DNA from: an uncultured virus (IMG/VR IMGVR_UViG_3300005193_000001)
Lineage: Duplodnaviria > Heunggongvirae > Uroviricota > Caudoviricetes
DNA length: 64,000 nucleotides
Direction: 5' to 3' (one strand)
IMG/VR virus record: IMGVR_UViG_3300005193_000001
Span: 1 to 64,000 of that record
In this document: piece after piece, positions 37,960 to 47,173 of the stretch
Layout of the letters: every line of letters starts with the position of its first letter
Position numbering within the stretch: the first letter of the stretch is position 1
The notes under the pieces: model-generated
What the model was told of the DNA's origin: nothing
Databases searched by the model: none
Seen by the model: only the letters and a program-made list of their open reading frames with translations
Made by a program: the position numbers and the translations under genes

Positions 37960-40900
37960 TTATCCGCTTACGAGATTAGAAACGCTGTCTCTCGAAAGTT
38001 CTTTGTTAACCTTTCTGTTGTTAAGATAAATGCCAATGTCTCCTCGGGCCAAAGCTTCGTTAAGCCGTTGCTGGTCATTGAGAATCCGCTTCAATACCGA
38101 CACGACGTCGTTAAGGCCGACTGCTTCTCCGCCACCTGCGCCGCCTTGTCCTGCGGCTCCGCCCTCGGCGGTAGCTCCAGTGTTCACCCCACGGACGTTA
38201 GGAGTAGCAGCGTCCGTATCAACCTGAACCGAAAGATTTCCAAGATCCTGATTGCTTATTTGGGAAAGTTCGTCAGACACCCCAGAAATATCGATTTTGT
38301 CCAACATCGCCATGGAACTGGCGAGAGTACTTACAGCCTTAGCTGTGGATTCAACCCCAGGAGCTATTTCCGCGAGTCCAGAAAGGGAACTAGTCAGAGT
38401 AGCTGCTACCCCCGCTCCAACTAGAGCCAACGGTGCCGCGTATCCTAGAGCAGAAAATGCACCAAGCAAAGCGGTCAACCCACCAGCTATGCTGAACAAG
38501 TTTATTCCTTGAATATCGTTAAGGCCGCTAACAAAAGATTCCCACACAGGCACTAGTCCTTGAAGAGCTTTAGAAAATACCTGAGAGGCCGAAGCAAGAA
38601 TGTAAACACCACTAGCGAATGCTATAAGGAGCCCTGCTCCAGCGGCGATAACGGGGGCAGAAGCGGACATGGCAGAAGAGATCGCTATGATCGCCCCCCC
38701 AGCAATTGTCATAGCCCCCAAAGCACCAGCGGTAGCATAAAGAGCATCTGTTGGAACTTCAGCGAATTGCTGCGCGGCCTCGGAAAGAATGTAGACGCTG
38801 GTAGCAAGAGACAACATCAAAGCAGATATAGCCCCCGCAGTACGGAGGTCGATGGCGTCCGTGAACTTCGACCAGCTTGAAGTCATCTTTCCTGCTCCAT
38901 CGGAGATCGTGTCGGAAGCCTCGGCCACGGCCTCTCCGCCTTCTACCGTGGTAGAAAAGAAGCTTCCCATTCCTGGAATCGCCCCACCAAGGGTGGAAGT
39001 GAGAGAACCTATGGCACTACCAAGTCCTCGAAAGGCAAGCGTGGCGGTTCCTATGGCTGCAGGAACTCCCACTATAAGACCCAAGACGCTTCCGATGCTA
39101 GCTTCAAACCCAGAAACGTCACTCTCGGCTTGTCCAAACAACTCGCTCAAAGTATCGAAGGGCGATATCAAGAGTTTGAATCCCGTCGCCAACCCTTCAA
39201 CGAACGGAGTCAAAAATCGAATGGTGTCCGTGAGAAGAGGCAGTGCGGTTTGCGCAAAATCAAGAAGAGGTGGCCCAAGTTTCTCGATGAAGACCCCACC
39301 AAGCTTGTTGAATTCCCTCGTCACCTGCTCGACTGCATCAGAACTTTCTCTAGCCTTGAGAACATCAGAGAACGTAAGATCTCCAGACTCGATAGCGTCC
39401 ATCATGTCTTGAGTCCTCGTTCCCATTTCACCAAGAGTCTTCTCGGCCACCTGCATTCTCCTAATTTCTGCGGTTGACATACCCAAGGCGTCTTCAAGAG
39501 CTTGTCGTCGAAGAGGCCCCATTTCCATTACGTTGCCAATAGAAGAAACCTGATCTCTAAGTTCGCTAACGGTTTCCTTCGTTCCTTGGTAGGAAGCCTG
39601 AATAAGAGAAGTAGCATTAAGGTGCGTTCCGGCCATAAGATTAGCCTGTTGGAACGCCTGTACCGTTCCCGTTATATCGTTAAGAGCTTGCTCCTGGAAA
39701 TCGACGACAGAATCGAGACTCGTTCCAAGAGCTCTAGCTTCTACTGCTGCTCGGGCGATGGATTCGGCAGAACCACTAGCGAAGGTCGAAAGCTCCTCGC
39801 TGCTGGAAGCCACGTCCTCCATAACGGCCTGAGCGTTAACTCCCACAGCATCAGAAAGGCCAGCGGCAAGAGTCATGGCGTCGTTGGCGGAACCGCCAAC
39901 CGAATGTGCAACCTCGGTGAACGCGGCCTGAAGTTCCGTGGCTCGTTCAGCCGAAATGCCAAGCCTACCAGCCATGTTCGCGCTCCTTCTGGTTATAGCA
40001 TCAATGTCGCCCTCCATAGCCGAAGTAGCGTTCTGTACTCTGCCGAAGCGCTCGTCAAGGGTCGTTATAACGTCGGCTGCGGCGCTGGCTTCAAGTCCCG
40101 CTTGTCGGAAAGCTTGAGACTGCCTGTTTGCAAGAGCTTGTACCTCCTGCATCCTATCTCTGGTAATGCCCATTTCGTCTCTGACGCCACGGGCGGCCTC
40201 CATAGAAGCTCCAAGACCGTCTGCAAGTGTGCCCACCAAAGCTCCGATGGCTACCAGAGCCCCCAAAGTACCTACGTTGAGAGCGGTAACAAGACCAGTA
40301 GGCCCGGATATAACTTCCACGACCTTCTGAAAGCCTTGTCGCATCCGACCAGATTGTTCTACAAGCTGGGTAGCCATGGAACCAGCTTGACCGAACTGTT
40401 GGAGAGCGGCGCTCCACTCTTCTTCCGGCATATCAAGATTGGAAGCACGTTCCAAAGAATTGACAGCTCCGGTCACTTTGTCTGCGGCAGAGCCAGCTAT
40501 GATGTTAAGCTGTTCCGCTATTTCTCCAGCGTTCTCAAGTTCACCGCCGATCTTTTCCCGAATATCCTGACCCAGCGTCTCGGTGAGGTTGTCTATGTTG
40601 TTGGTAGCTTCTTCGATGGAAACTTCACCCTCCACGGCTCCTTGCCTTACTTCTTCCATGGAACCTATGAAGTCCTCGAACAGACTAGATATACCGAGGA
40701 GGCGTTCTTGAGTTATATCCCCCCTCTGAGACAGAGCTTGTAGGGACTCGTTAAGCTGAGACATGACGCCCTGAGCAGGTCCGGCGTCAACGTTGACCTG
40801 AGGAACATTGGAACCAACAAGTTCCACATCCATGGCGGATTGAACAGATCCCGAAAGCTCCTCCATTTGGCTCCGGGTGTTATCAACCAGAGCGGACATG

Positions 40901-41019
40901 GCATCCTCCATTCTGTTGGTGGAGCCTTCTATCGACTCGGCGTTTTCTTCCGCCATTCCTCCCAGAATCTCATCTATCTGATCGGAGAAGGTTTGAAATT
41001 GGTCTTCATCGAAAGCCAT
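37960..41019 (-). CDS. tape measure protein
   Basis: 1019 aa, Ala/Gly-rich helical with hydrophobic C-terminal segments; position in the tail operon. Confidence 0.85.
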   Translation of the reverse strand: MAFDEDQFQTFSDQIDEILGGMAEENAESIEGSTNRMEDAMSALVDNTRSQMEELSGSVQSAMDVELVGSNVPQVNVDAGPAQGVMSQLNESLQALSQRGDITQERLLGISSLFEDFIGSMEEVRQGAVEGEVSIEEATNNIDNLTETLGQDIREKIGGELENAGEIAEQLNIIAGSAADKVTGAVNSLERASNLDMPEEEWSAALQQFGQAGSMATQLVEQSGRMRQGFQKVVEVISGPTGLVTALNVGTLGALVAIGALVGTLADGLGASMEAARGVRDEMGITRDRMQEVQALANRQSQAFRQAGLEASAAADVITTLDERFGRVQNATSAMEGDIDAITRRSANMAGRLGISAERATELQAAFTEVAHSVGGSANDAMTLAAGLSDAVGVNAQAVMEDVASSSEELSTFASGSAESIARAAVEARALGTSLDSVVDFQEQALNDITGTVQAFQQANLMAGTHLNATSLIQASYQGTKETVSELRDQVSSIGNVMEMGPLRRQALEDALGMSTAEIRRMQVAEKTLGEMGTRTQDMMDAIESGDLTFSDVLKARESSDAVEQVTREFNKLGGVFIEKLGPPLLDFAQTALPLLTDTIRFLTPFVEGLATGFKLLISPFDTLSELFGQAESDVSGFEASIGSVLGLIVGVPAAIGTATLAFRGLGSAIGSLTSTLGGAIPGMGSFFSTTVEGGEAVAEASDTISDGAGKMTSSWSKFTDAIDLRTAGAISALMLSLATSVYILSEAAQQFAEVPTDALYATAGALGAMTIAGGAIIAISSAMSASAPVIAAGAGLLIAFASGVYILASASQVFSKALQGLVPVWESFVSGLNDIQGINLFSIAGGLTALLGAFSALGYAAPLALVGAGVAATLTSSLSGLAEIAPGVESTAKAVSTLASSMAMLDKIDISGVSDELSQISNQDLGNLSVQVDTDAATPNVRGVNTGATAEGGAAGQGGAGGGEAVGLNDVVSVLKRILNDQQRLNEALARGDIGIYLNNRKVNKELSRDSVSNLVSG

Positions 41020-41025
41020 TCAATT

Positions 41026-41229
41026 TTAGTCTTTTCTTGCCATCCGCTTCAACCTCTCGGCGGCGTCGGAAGCCCTTTCCCCGGCTTTTTCAGCCTTCTT
41101 GATGCGTCGTAACCTTTCTGCGGCTTTAGGATCTTTCTCGGCAACTCGCTGGATAACGTCTTCTTGTGTGCGTTCGTCCGCACCAAAGAAAGAGCCAACG
41201 AGATCTCGAATAGAATTGAATATTCCCAT
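41026..41229 (-). CDS. hypothetical protein
   Basis: Small ORF before the tape measure gene (MGIFNS). Confidence 0.55.
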   Translation of the reverse strand: MGIFNSIRDLVGSFFGADERTQEDVIQRVAEKDPKAAERLRRIKKAEKAGERASDAAERLKRMARKD

Positions 41230-41240
41230 AAAAAGCATAA

Positions 41241-41570
41241 TTATTGCAAGGCGTCCAGAACGTCTCCCAACTCCTGAGCGTCTGGTGGGCCTTTGCTGGA
41301 TGTAGTCTCGGATGGTGAAGGTGAACCTCCGCCGTCCATTCCCTTCATAGCCTTCGCAACGTCCTGCGGTGGGCCTTGAGGAGAACCACCACCGCTGTTT
41401 CCATCCTTCTGCTTCTCGATCTGTTCCTTTTCTTCCTTCTTGATTTTGTCAAGCTCTTTGACCATGTATTGTCGGATGTAGATCGGCATTTCGGAATAAA
41501 GTTCCTTCCAAGAAAAGCCACCGTCCGTGTGGTATATGAGCTCAAGAATTTGCCGATTAACCTTCGGCAT
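41241..41570 (-). CDS. gp51-like baseplate/tail assembly protein (possibly the frameshift extension of the upstream ORF)
   Basis: QILELIYH..GGFSW.ELY.EMPIYIR.Y.V.EL. Confidence 0.65.
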   Translation of the reverse strand: MPKVNRQILELIYHTDGGFSWKELYSEMPIYIRQYMVKELDKIKKEEKEQIEKQKDGNSGGGSPQGPPQDVAKAMKGMDGGGSPSPSETTSSKGPPDAQELGDVLDALQ

Positions 41571-41574
41571 GTGG

Positions 41575-42363
41575 TCATCGGGTAGGAAAAAAAAAGGTCT
41601 CATCGAGGGGAATCTGAGTCCACTCTCGATGAGCGCAATTGTAACACTCGAAGTCGAATTCAAGGTCAAGATCAGGGTTAATTTCTTGGACTTTCTCTCT
41701 TAAAGCCCTTGAATCTCTGGCTGGCATCTTCTCTACGAACCTTCTGATCTCGGTTTTGCTTTCGTCGCCGTCTATGGCGTCAATCAAGTATCGAAGCCTC
41801 GTAGTCATGTTGGTAGAGACCTGCCTAGAATCGGCTCTCTGTCTACCCCTGTTGTCTCTTTGAGCGCTTCTCTTCACCCGGTCAAGCTCCGTTCGTATCT
41901 GCTTGATATCACCCCGCGTCAAAAGGCTAAAGGTGACGTTGTTTCCCGTTACAGGAAGTTCGAATTCGAACTCGGTCTGGTTCCTTTCATATTCTTCAAA
42001 GGGAACGCTTTTGCTTTCGATATCTCGAAGATTGACCACGTCCTGAGTAGTCTCGGAACAGACGGGGCAGTTGAGTTCAAAGGGATACTCTTCTCCATAA
42101 GCCAGAATTCGAACGGCCATCATAACGCCTCCAACGTCTCCATTGAGCATATCTTCAAGCTCTACTCCCTCTTCAACAATGACGTTTTCGAGAAGCTTGT
42201 CGATGGCTTCGTTACGTTGGAGCAAAGTCTGGTCGGTGAGAATGTCCTCGTCAGCTGCCGTCATGTGACGGATTTCGACCGTACCATCGGACAACGGGTG
42301 ACCCTGAGGGTAAAAGTATCCCTCGCTGGGTATTTCAATAGGCTTCGATTTGATGTGATCCAT
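41575..42363 (-). CDS. gp26-like baseplate hub assembly protein / tail assembly chaperone
   Basis: PS.G.FY...EIRHMTAADEDIL, RI.AYG..Y, CPVC, DSRALR, C.NC, terminal FF. Confidence 0.8.
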   Translation of the reverse strand: MDHIKSKPIEIPSEGYFYPQGHPLSDGTVEIRHMTAADEDILTDQTLLQRNEAIDKLLENVIVEEGVELEDMLNGDVGGVMMAVRILAYGEEYPFELNCPVCSETTQDVVNLRDIESKSVPFEEYERNQTEFEFELPVTGNNVTFSLLTRGDIKQIRTELDRVKRSAQRDNRGRQRADSRQVSTNMTTRLRYLIDAIDGDESKTEIRRFVEKMPARDSRALREKVQEINPDLDLEFDFECYNCAHREWTQIPLDETFFFPTR

Positions 42364-42459
42364 AACTTGATCGTTTGTTGGACTTCTGATTCGCTTTTAA
42401 ATACACGGAAATGGCTCGTCACGTCGAGAACGAGCGAAAAAAGGACTAGTTAACCTTTT

Positions 42460-42687
42460 CTAGAATTGAACGATATCAATTATGTCGATGAGGTCTTCTA
42501 TCGACTTCTGTAGCTTGTGTGGAGAGACGTTAAAGCGAGAGGAAAGCTTCATCAAAGCACTCTCCGCACGCAAGAGTTGTTCGAGCTCCTTTTCCACATC
42601 AAGAAGACTTTCGGGTTCGAGATATTTGAGAACCCGCTTTTGAAGTGAGTTGCTGCTTTCTTCTATAAGATGCTTCTTCTTCATCAA
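42460..42687 (-). CDS. small protein, short leader variant (KKKHLIE)
   Basis: Last gene of the leader-sharing array. Confidence 0.5.
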   Translation of the reverse strand: MMKKKHLIEESSNSLQKRVLKYLEPESLLDVEKELEQLLRAESALMKLSSRFNVSPHKLQKSIEDLIDIIDIVQF

Positions 42688-42690
42688 TTG

Positions 42691-43248
42691 TTAGGCATCG
42701 AGGATTATGTCCACGAGATCCATAAGCTTCGAGATTCTGAGGCTCGTGTTACGCCTCCTAACGTAGCTTTTCATAATGTCCTTCAAGTCGCTTCGAGCTA
42801 CATCCCCGGAAGGAAGGGTCTGGTTGAGTCTGGTCTTCAAGAAGTTCAATGCCTCCTTCTCGTCGTCGGAAAGTTCCCGCGACCAGTCGTCAACGATAAC
42901 TTCTATCGTGTCCTGCACGTACTGCGAATCTGCGCCTTCTGAAATGCGGTTTCCGCTTCTTTCTCGGGACTCGCCCCTCCAATCTGTGGTCTGGAGATAC
43001 TCGTCTTTGAGAGAAGCGCAAAACCGTTCGGGCTCGTCGAACTTATCTTCCATTTCTTCCATACAAGCCGTAAAAAAGCCCTCAGGATCCGACTTCGTTT
43101 TATCTGTGAGACTTCTCGCGAAGCTCATGAGAGAGTCACGGTCCCAACCCGGAGGAAGGTTCTCGAATCCAATGTCGTCTTCAAAAAGTCTATGGATTTC
43201 CTCTCGGACGATTGATCTGAACTCTTGCTCTGTTAGTTGTTTACTCAT
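42691..43248 (-). CDS. leader-bearing putative internal head protein
   Basis: MSKQLTEQEFRSIVREEIHRLFE. Confidence 0.65.
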   Translation of the reverse strand: MSKQLTEQEFRSIVREEIHRLFEDDIGFENLPPGWDRDSLMSFARSLTDKTKSDPEGFFTACMEEMEDKFDEPERFCASLKDEYLQTTDWRGESRERSGNRISEGADSQYVQDTIEVIVDDWSRELSDDEKEALNFLKTRLNQTLPSGDVARSDLKDIMKSYVRRRNTSLRISKLMDLVDIILDA

Positions 43249-43295
43249 AATAGATGATTATCTGTTCCAGACCCAATCGACGAAGTCTCGAAAGT

Positions 43296-43502
43296 TCACG
43301 TTTGCAGCTTGTCTCCGGGACTGAACCTATCTCCAAGCTCGTCGTGAACCTGTCGAAGAAAGACTTCGGGATCTGGAGGCAAATCGAAATTCTCTATGAC
43401 GTTCAAGATACGCTCTTTGACACGACGAACGGACTGAGATCGCCCGTTCAAAGCTTCTCGAACCATGCTTTCAAACTCGTCTTCGGTTAGCCGTTCGGCC
43501 AT
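43296..43502 (-). CDS. leader-bearing putative internal head protein
   Basis: MAERLTEDEFESMVREALN. Confidence 0.6.
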   Translation of the reverse strand: MAERLTEDEFESMVREALNGRSQSVRRVKERILNVIENFDLPPDPEVFLRQVHDELGDRFSPGDKLQT

Positions 43503-43506
43503 AAGA

Positions 43507-43881
43507 CTACTTAAGCTTTCTGATGGCTCTCTTAACTACCCTTTTAATAGTGGCCTCGTCAAGCTGTTCCTTGCCGAACTGATCGGGCTCGAACCACCTG
43601 CTCCTGTCTTCACGCTTGTTCACGTCAAACTCGGAGATTCCGGCCTTGTCTTCCACGTCTTGATCCGAAGTGTCGCGGTATCGAACATACTCCTCGGCAA
43701 TAACGCGCTTCATGGCTTCTTCAAGAGTTTCATCACCCTCGGAGAAGTCTTCCACGGTTTCGTACCAACGGCTACCGCGATTTTCATCGGAGTCGTATGG
43801 AACCATCCGGTCGGGTCTGTCGGAAACACCTTCAACAATTCGCTTCATTTCTTTTTGAAGTACTTGCTTTAGTCTGCTCAT
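43507..43881 (-). CDS. leader-bearing putative internal head protein
   Basis: MSRLKQVLQKEMKRIVE; leader-like helices recur internally and at the C-terminus. Confidence 0.6.
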   Translation of the reverse strand: MSRLKQVLQKEMKRIVEGVSDRPDRMVPYDSDENRGSRWYETVEDFSEGDETLEEAMKRVIAEEYVRYRDTSDQDVEDKAGISEFDVNKREDRSRWFEPDQFGKEQLDEATIKRVVKRAIRKLK

Positions 43882-43908
43882 ATCTTTTTGATATTGAATA
43901 ATGTTCTA

Positions 43909-44586
43909 CTACCGAAGCGTTCTTTCTATCTCTCTTCCGAGATCATCGAGGCTGGAGCTTCTCGCTATGTCATAACCGTCGTTGTGGCTGATTTCGGCTT
44001 TCCAACCACCTGCGGCGCTCTTTTTCAAATTGCTGATGTTGGCGTTCTGCATGTCATTGTCGATTATGATGGAATCGGTAGCGCGATTGTACTCGGCTCT
44101 GCGGACTCCGAGACGGGAAAGGGTCCGAACGAGCTTTTGGTGAACGTCCGACCCCACAGCTTCGGAAATGCTTTCTTCCTGGTATCCTTCGGCGTCAGGA
44201 ACGTCTTCGGTAGGAACGCAGTTCGGTACCTCGTTTCCGTTCTCGTCGGTTTTCATGCCGACCTGAGTATATCCTTCCCAACAGGGGTCCTCCTCGACCT
44301 TCTCTTCTATTTGTACGTCAATTCTCTCCGCATTTCCGCTTCTAACAACGTCGAGTATGGCTTCTTCGTCTTCGGGTGAAACGCCTTTAACGGACTTTCC
44401 ACTTTCGTGACCAGAAACCTCCACGACTTCCATCACACCACCACTGTCCATAACGACGCCAACTTCCAAGTCTTGAGGTTCTGCCGAGATCTTGTAGGTG
44501 GCGTAGACCTCCTTTTCTTGTTCAAACAGGTCGCGAATTTCTTCGGCTACTATCCTTCGAAACTCTGATTCCGTAAGCTTGTTCAT
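43909..44586 (-). CDS. leader-bearing protein with PCW.GY..VG.K....VPNCVP module
   Basis: MNKLTESEFRRIVAEEIRDLFE; DPCWEGYTQVGMKTDENGNEVPNCVP. Confidence 0.65.
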   Translation of the reverse strand: MNKLTESEFRRIVAEEIRDLFEQEKEVYATYKISAEPQDLEVGVVMDSGGVMEVVEVSGHESGKSVKGVSPEDEEAILDVVRSGNAERIDVQIEEKVEEDPCWEGYTQVGMKTDENGNEVPNCVPTEDVPDAEGYQEESISEAVGSDVHQKLVRTLSRLGVRRAEYNRATDSIIIDNDMQNANISNLKKSAAGGWKAEISHNDGYDIARSSSLDDLGREIERTLR

Positions 44587-44611
44587 GTTTGTCTTTGTCC
44601 TTTTGTTTATT

Positions 44612-44893
44612 TTATCCTCCCGCTGGCTGAGGGGACGCTTGGCTATACTTTCGCTTCATTTCCTTATTGCGGGTAATCTCTCTGTGGTAAAGCATCCTGA
44701 GGTCCTCGGTGCTGCCGAGATCGAGATTCTCGTTGTCCACAATCCACTGAAGGCCGGGTTCTCGGCTAACCAGTTCCCTCACTTTTGCTGGCTTAAACGC
44801 TTCTCCTTCGTTAAGGCTTCCCTTGCTCTTCAGAAACTTGGCAAGCTCTTCCCTCACCATGGTTTTAAGTTTGTTAGAATTTAGCTTTTCCAT
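44612..44893 (-). CDS. leader-bearing putative internal head protein
   Basis: MEKLNSNKLKTMVREELAKFLKSKGSLNE. Confidence 0.6.
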   Translation of the reverse strand: MEKLNSNKLKTMVREELAKFLKSKGSLNEGEAFKPAKVRELVSREPGLQWIVDNENLDLGSTEDLRMLYHREITRNKEMKRKYSQASPQPAGG

Positions 44894-44956
44894 GAATCTT
44901 TGTTTAAGTTAAGTTTAGGTTCACACGATTCTCTACTCTCGTTAATAAATATCGTG

Positions 44957-45478
44957 TCAAGCGTAGTCTTGAAGGTCTCCCGACAAAGTAGGGCTGTAAC
45001 TCATCTTGCTAATGAGACCACCTTGAATTCTATCTCGACGAAACGTCCTGTAAGCTTGTTTAGCTTCCGGAATTCCCTTTACAACGTCATAATAGAAGTC
45101 CTCGCTCTTTCCTATCGGACCAGCTTCGAATTCTCTTGGAAACGTGCGGTCAAGCATCTGGGCCGCCATGGGAGACAAGTTGGCGTGAATATTGGCAAAA
45201 AGCTTAGCTATGTCCCTTTCGCTCATGTAACCAATATCGAGACCGTGAATGAGTCCGTTTCTGTTAGGGTCAATGACGAAAAGCTCTCGATCTCTGTCGT
45301 CTCCACTTTCACTCTGGTATGGGAATTGAACGAAAATGCCGGGTTTGATTCCAGAAAGAGAAATGTTCTCTTCGGCTCGCATGTTGGAGCTGTGATCGTA
45401 GTCTCTCGGAGACTCCAAAAGGTTTCGAAGCTCCTGGATTACTATCTTTTTGAATCTTTCTTCGGTGAGTTTCTTCAT
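44957..45478 (-). CDS. leader-bearing WYL/gp2-like protein (start MKKLTEE at 45478)
   Basis: MKKLTEERFKKIVIQELRNLLE; LIHGLDI...AYRTFRRDRI. Confidence 0.65.
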   Translation of the reverse strand: MKKLTEERFKKIVIQELRNLLESPRDYDHSSNMRAEENISLSGIKPGIFVQFPYQSESGDDRDRELFVIDPNRNGLIHGLDIGYMSERDIAKLFANIHANLSPMAAQMLDRTFPREFEAGPIGKSEDFYYDVVKGIPEAKQAYRTFRRDRIQGGLISKMSYSPTLSGDLQDYA

Positions 45479-45491
45479 GATTTTTGTCTTG

Positions 45492-45887
45492 TTATACCGT
45501 GGCGCTAATGTCTTCACCAGAAAATTCGTGGTCGAGAGCATACTGAGCCGGATTCGAGTAAGCCTCTCCGGGCATTCCACTGGCGGTAAGCTCTCCCGTG
45601 GGATCTCGTCTAATCTTGTTGTTGTATTGAAGACCCTTTCCCAAATCGAAATGCACCTCCTCATCGGAACTTCCCCTTTCGTCGGGGTCTATGGGCAAAG
45701 GATCGTCGGCTGCGGGCTTCTCCACCTGCATGTAACCAGCCAAAGCCGGGATTTCAAGGGTCCGCTTCTGTCCAGGTGGGGTATATCTGGTGCTATTACC
45801 ACCAGAACCCGGAGCATCCGGAAGACCAGTAGCCTCCGTTATCCTTTCCCTGATTCTTTCTTTGAGGAGATCTTTCAATTTGCTCAT
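45492..45887 (-). CDS. leader-bearing protein
   Basis: MSKLKDLLKERIRERITE; ATGA overlap with the thioredoxin stop. Confidence 0.6.
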   Translation of the reverse strand: MSKLKDLLKERIRERITEATGLPDAPGSGGNSTRYTPPGQKRTLEIPALAGYMQVEKPAADDPLPIDPDERGSSDEEVHFDLGKGLQYNNKIRRDPTGELTASGMPGEAYSNPAQYALDHEFSGEDISATV

Positions 45888-46174
45888 GCACAAGACTGGT
45901 AAAGAGATTCAATGTCCGACTTAGAAGCGGAACCGACCGTGTGGCTTAAAGCCTCTCCACCCGTAAATGCCATTAAAGTAGGAACGCTGCGAATGCCGTA
46001 CTCTTGGGCTAATCCGGGAAGTTCGTCGACGTTAACCTTAACGATCTCTGCACTAGCCTTTTGAAGAGCGGGTTCCATCTGTTTGCAAGGTCCGCACCAA
46101 TCGGCATAAAAGTCAACGACGACGCATCCCTGGATGGCGTCTTCAAATTCTTGTCTGGAAGTAACTTCTCTCAT
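45884..46174 (-). CDS. trxA: thioredoxin
   Basis: VVVDFYADWCGPCK, KVNVD, YGIRSVPTL. Confidence 0.95.
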   Translation of the reverse strand: MREVTSRQEFEDAIQGCVVVDFYADWCGPCKQMEPALQKASAEIVKVNVDELPGLAQEYGIRSVPTLMAFTGGEALSHTVGSASKSDIESLYQSCA

Positions 46175-46196
46175 ACTATTATTGATTTTTTAATTC

Positions 46197-46766
46197 TTAA
46201 ATGCCCGGTGGATTTCTTCCAGCGGGATCAAAGTAGCTCGCGGACTTGTGGCCCTGCATTTCGGCATCCTCCAACATGTCCGCAAACTGTCCGACGAGCC
46301 GAGACGTGACGTCGGAGGGACCGAGACCACCTCGGTCTTCAATCACGACGTATTCTCTCTGGAAAGCCTCTATTCCATCCGGAGTTCTAGTATCGGCATC
46401 GGCGGAAACTCTGTAACGACCGTCACCAAGCTTTTCAAGTGTGATGAAGGTGGTGTAAGTAAGCCCACCTTCGTCGTATAGGTCGTACTCAATCTGGTCC
46501 CAAGTTCGGGAACGAGCTCCGGGCGAAGGGAGAGAAACCCTCTGCCCAAGCTGACTTGCTACCTCTTGGGCGAGAGAAATGAGAAACTCGCTTTCTTCTC
46601 GCGTAACGTCCTCTGCGCGACTACTTCCGACGCTGGAAGGTCTCCTACCAGAATTACCAGTGGAAACTACTTCCGCCTCGCTGATGGTTCTCTCCCCAAG
46701 CACCTTTTTCACTTCATGGGAAATGAGGCTTTTCAATTGAGATTCTGAAATCGTTACTTTGTTCAT
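46197..46766 (-). CDS. leader-bearing putative internal head protein
   Basis: MNKVTISESQLKSLISHEVKKVLGERTISE. Confidence 0.65.
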   Translation of the reverse strand: MNKVTISESQLKSLISHEVKKVLGERTISEAEVVSTGNSGRRPSSVGSSRAEDVTREESEFLISLAQEVASQLGQRVSLPSPGARSRTWDQIEYDLYDEGGLTYTTFITLEKLGDGRYRVSADADTRTPDGIEAFQREYVVIEDRGGLGPSDVTSRLVGQFADMLEDAEMQGHKSASYFDPAGRNPPGI

Positions 46767-46845
46767 CGTGTTCTTTGATCTTAATTAGATGATTCTCTTC
46801 GAATTCTGTCACGAAGAACGGTTTTTCCGTTCTCTTTCATAATGG

Positions 46846-47154
46846 TTAGTCGCTGATTGTTATGTGAACCAAGTTGCGATCATGCTCTATATCCAAAGCC
46901 CTTATTCCGCGTCTTCCAAGCTTCCGCATCTTGTCTTCGCTGAACTCTGTAGCGGGTATCGTGATCTGATAACCGCCCATTCCTTCTCGCGGAATCTTTT
47001 CTATGTTTTCGATGTTAGCGTCAAGAGTTACCACGGCATCTTGAACGTGCCTTGGATATTCTTCAAAGTCACGCATTTCCTTGATGACCTTTTTGACTTC
47101 TTCTACAACTACGGATCTGAGCCGAGATTCTGGTAGCTTGATCTTGTTTGACAT
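46846..47154 (-). CDS. leader-bearing putative internal head protein
   Basis: MSNKIKLPESRLRSVVVEEVKKVIKE. Confidence 0.65.
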   Translation of the reverse strand: MSNKIKLPESRLRSVVVEEVKKVIKEMRDFEEYPRHVQDAVVTLDANIENIEKIPREGMGGYQITIPATEFSEDKMRKLGRRGIRALDIEHDRNLVHITISD

Positions 47155-47173
47155 AAGATTGTGAATTTTTAGA

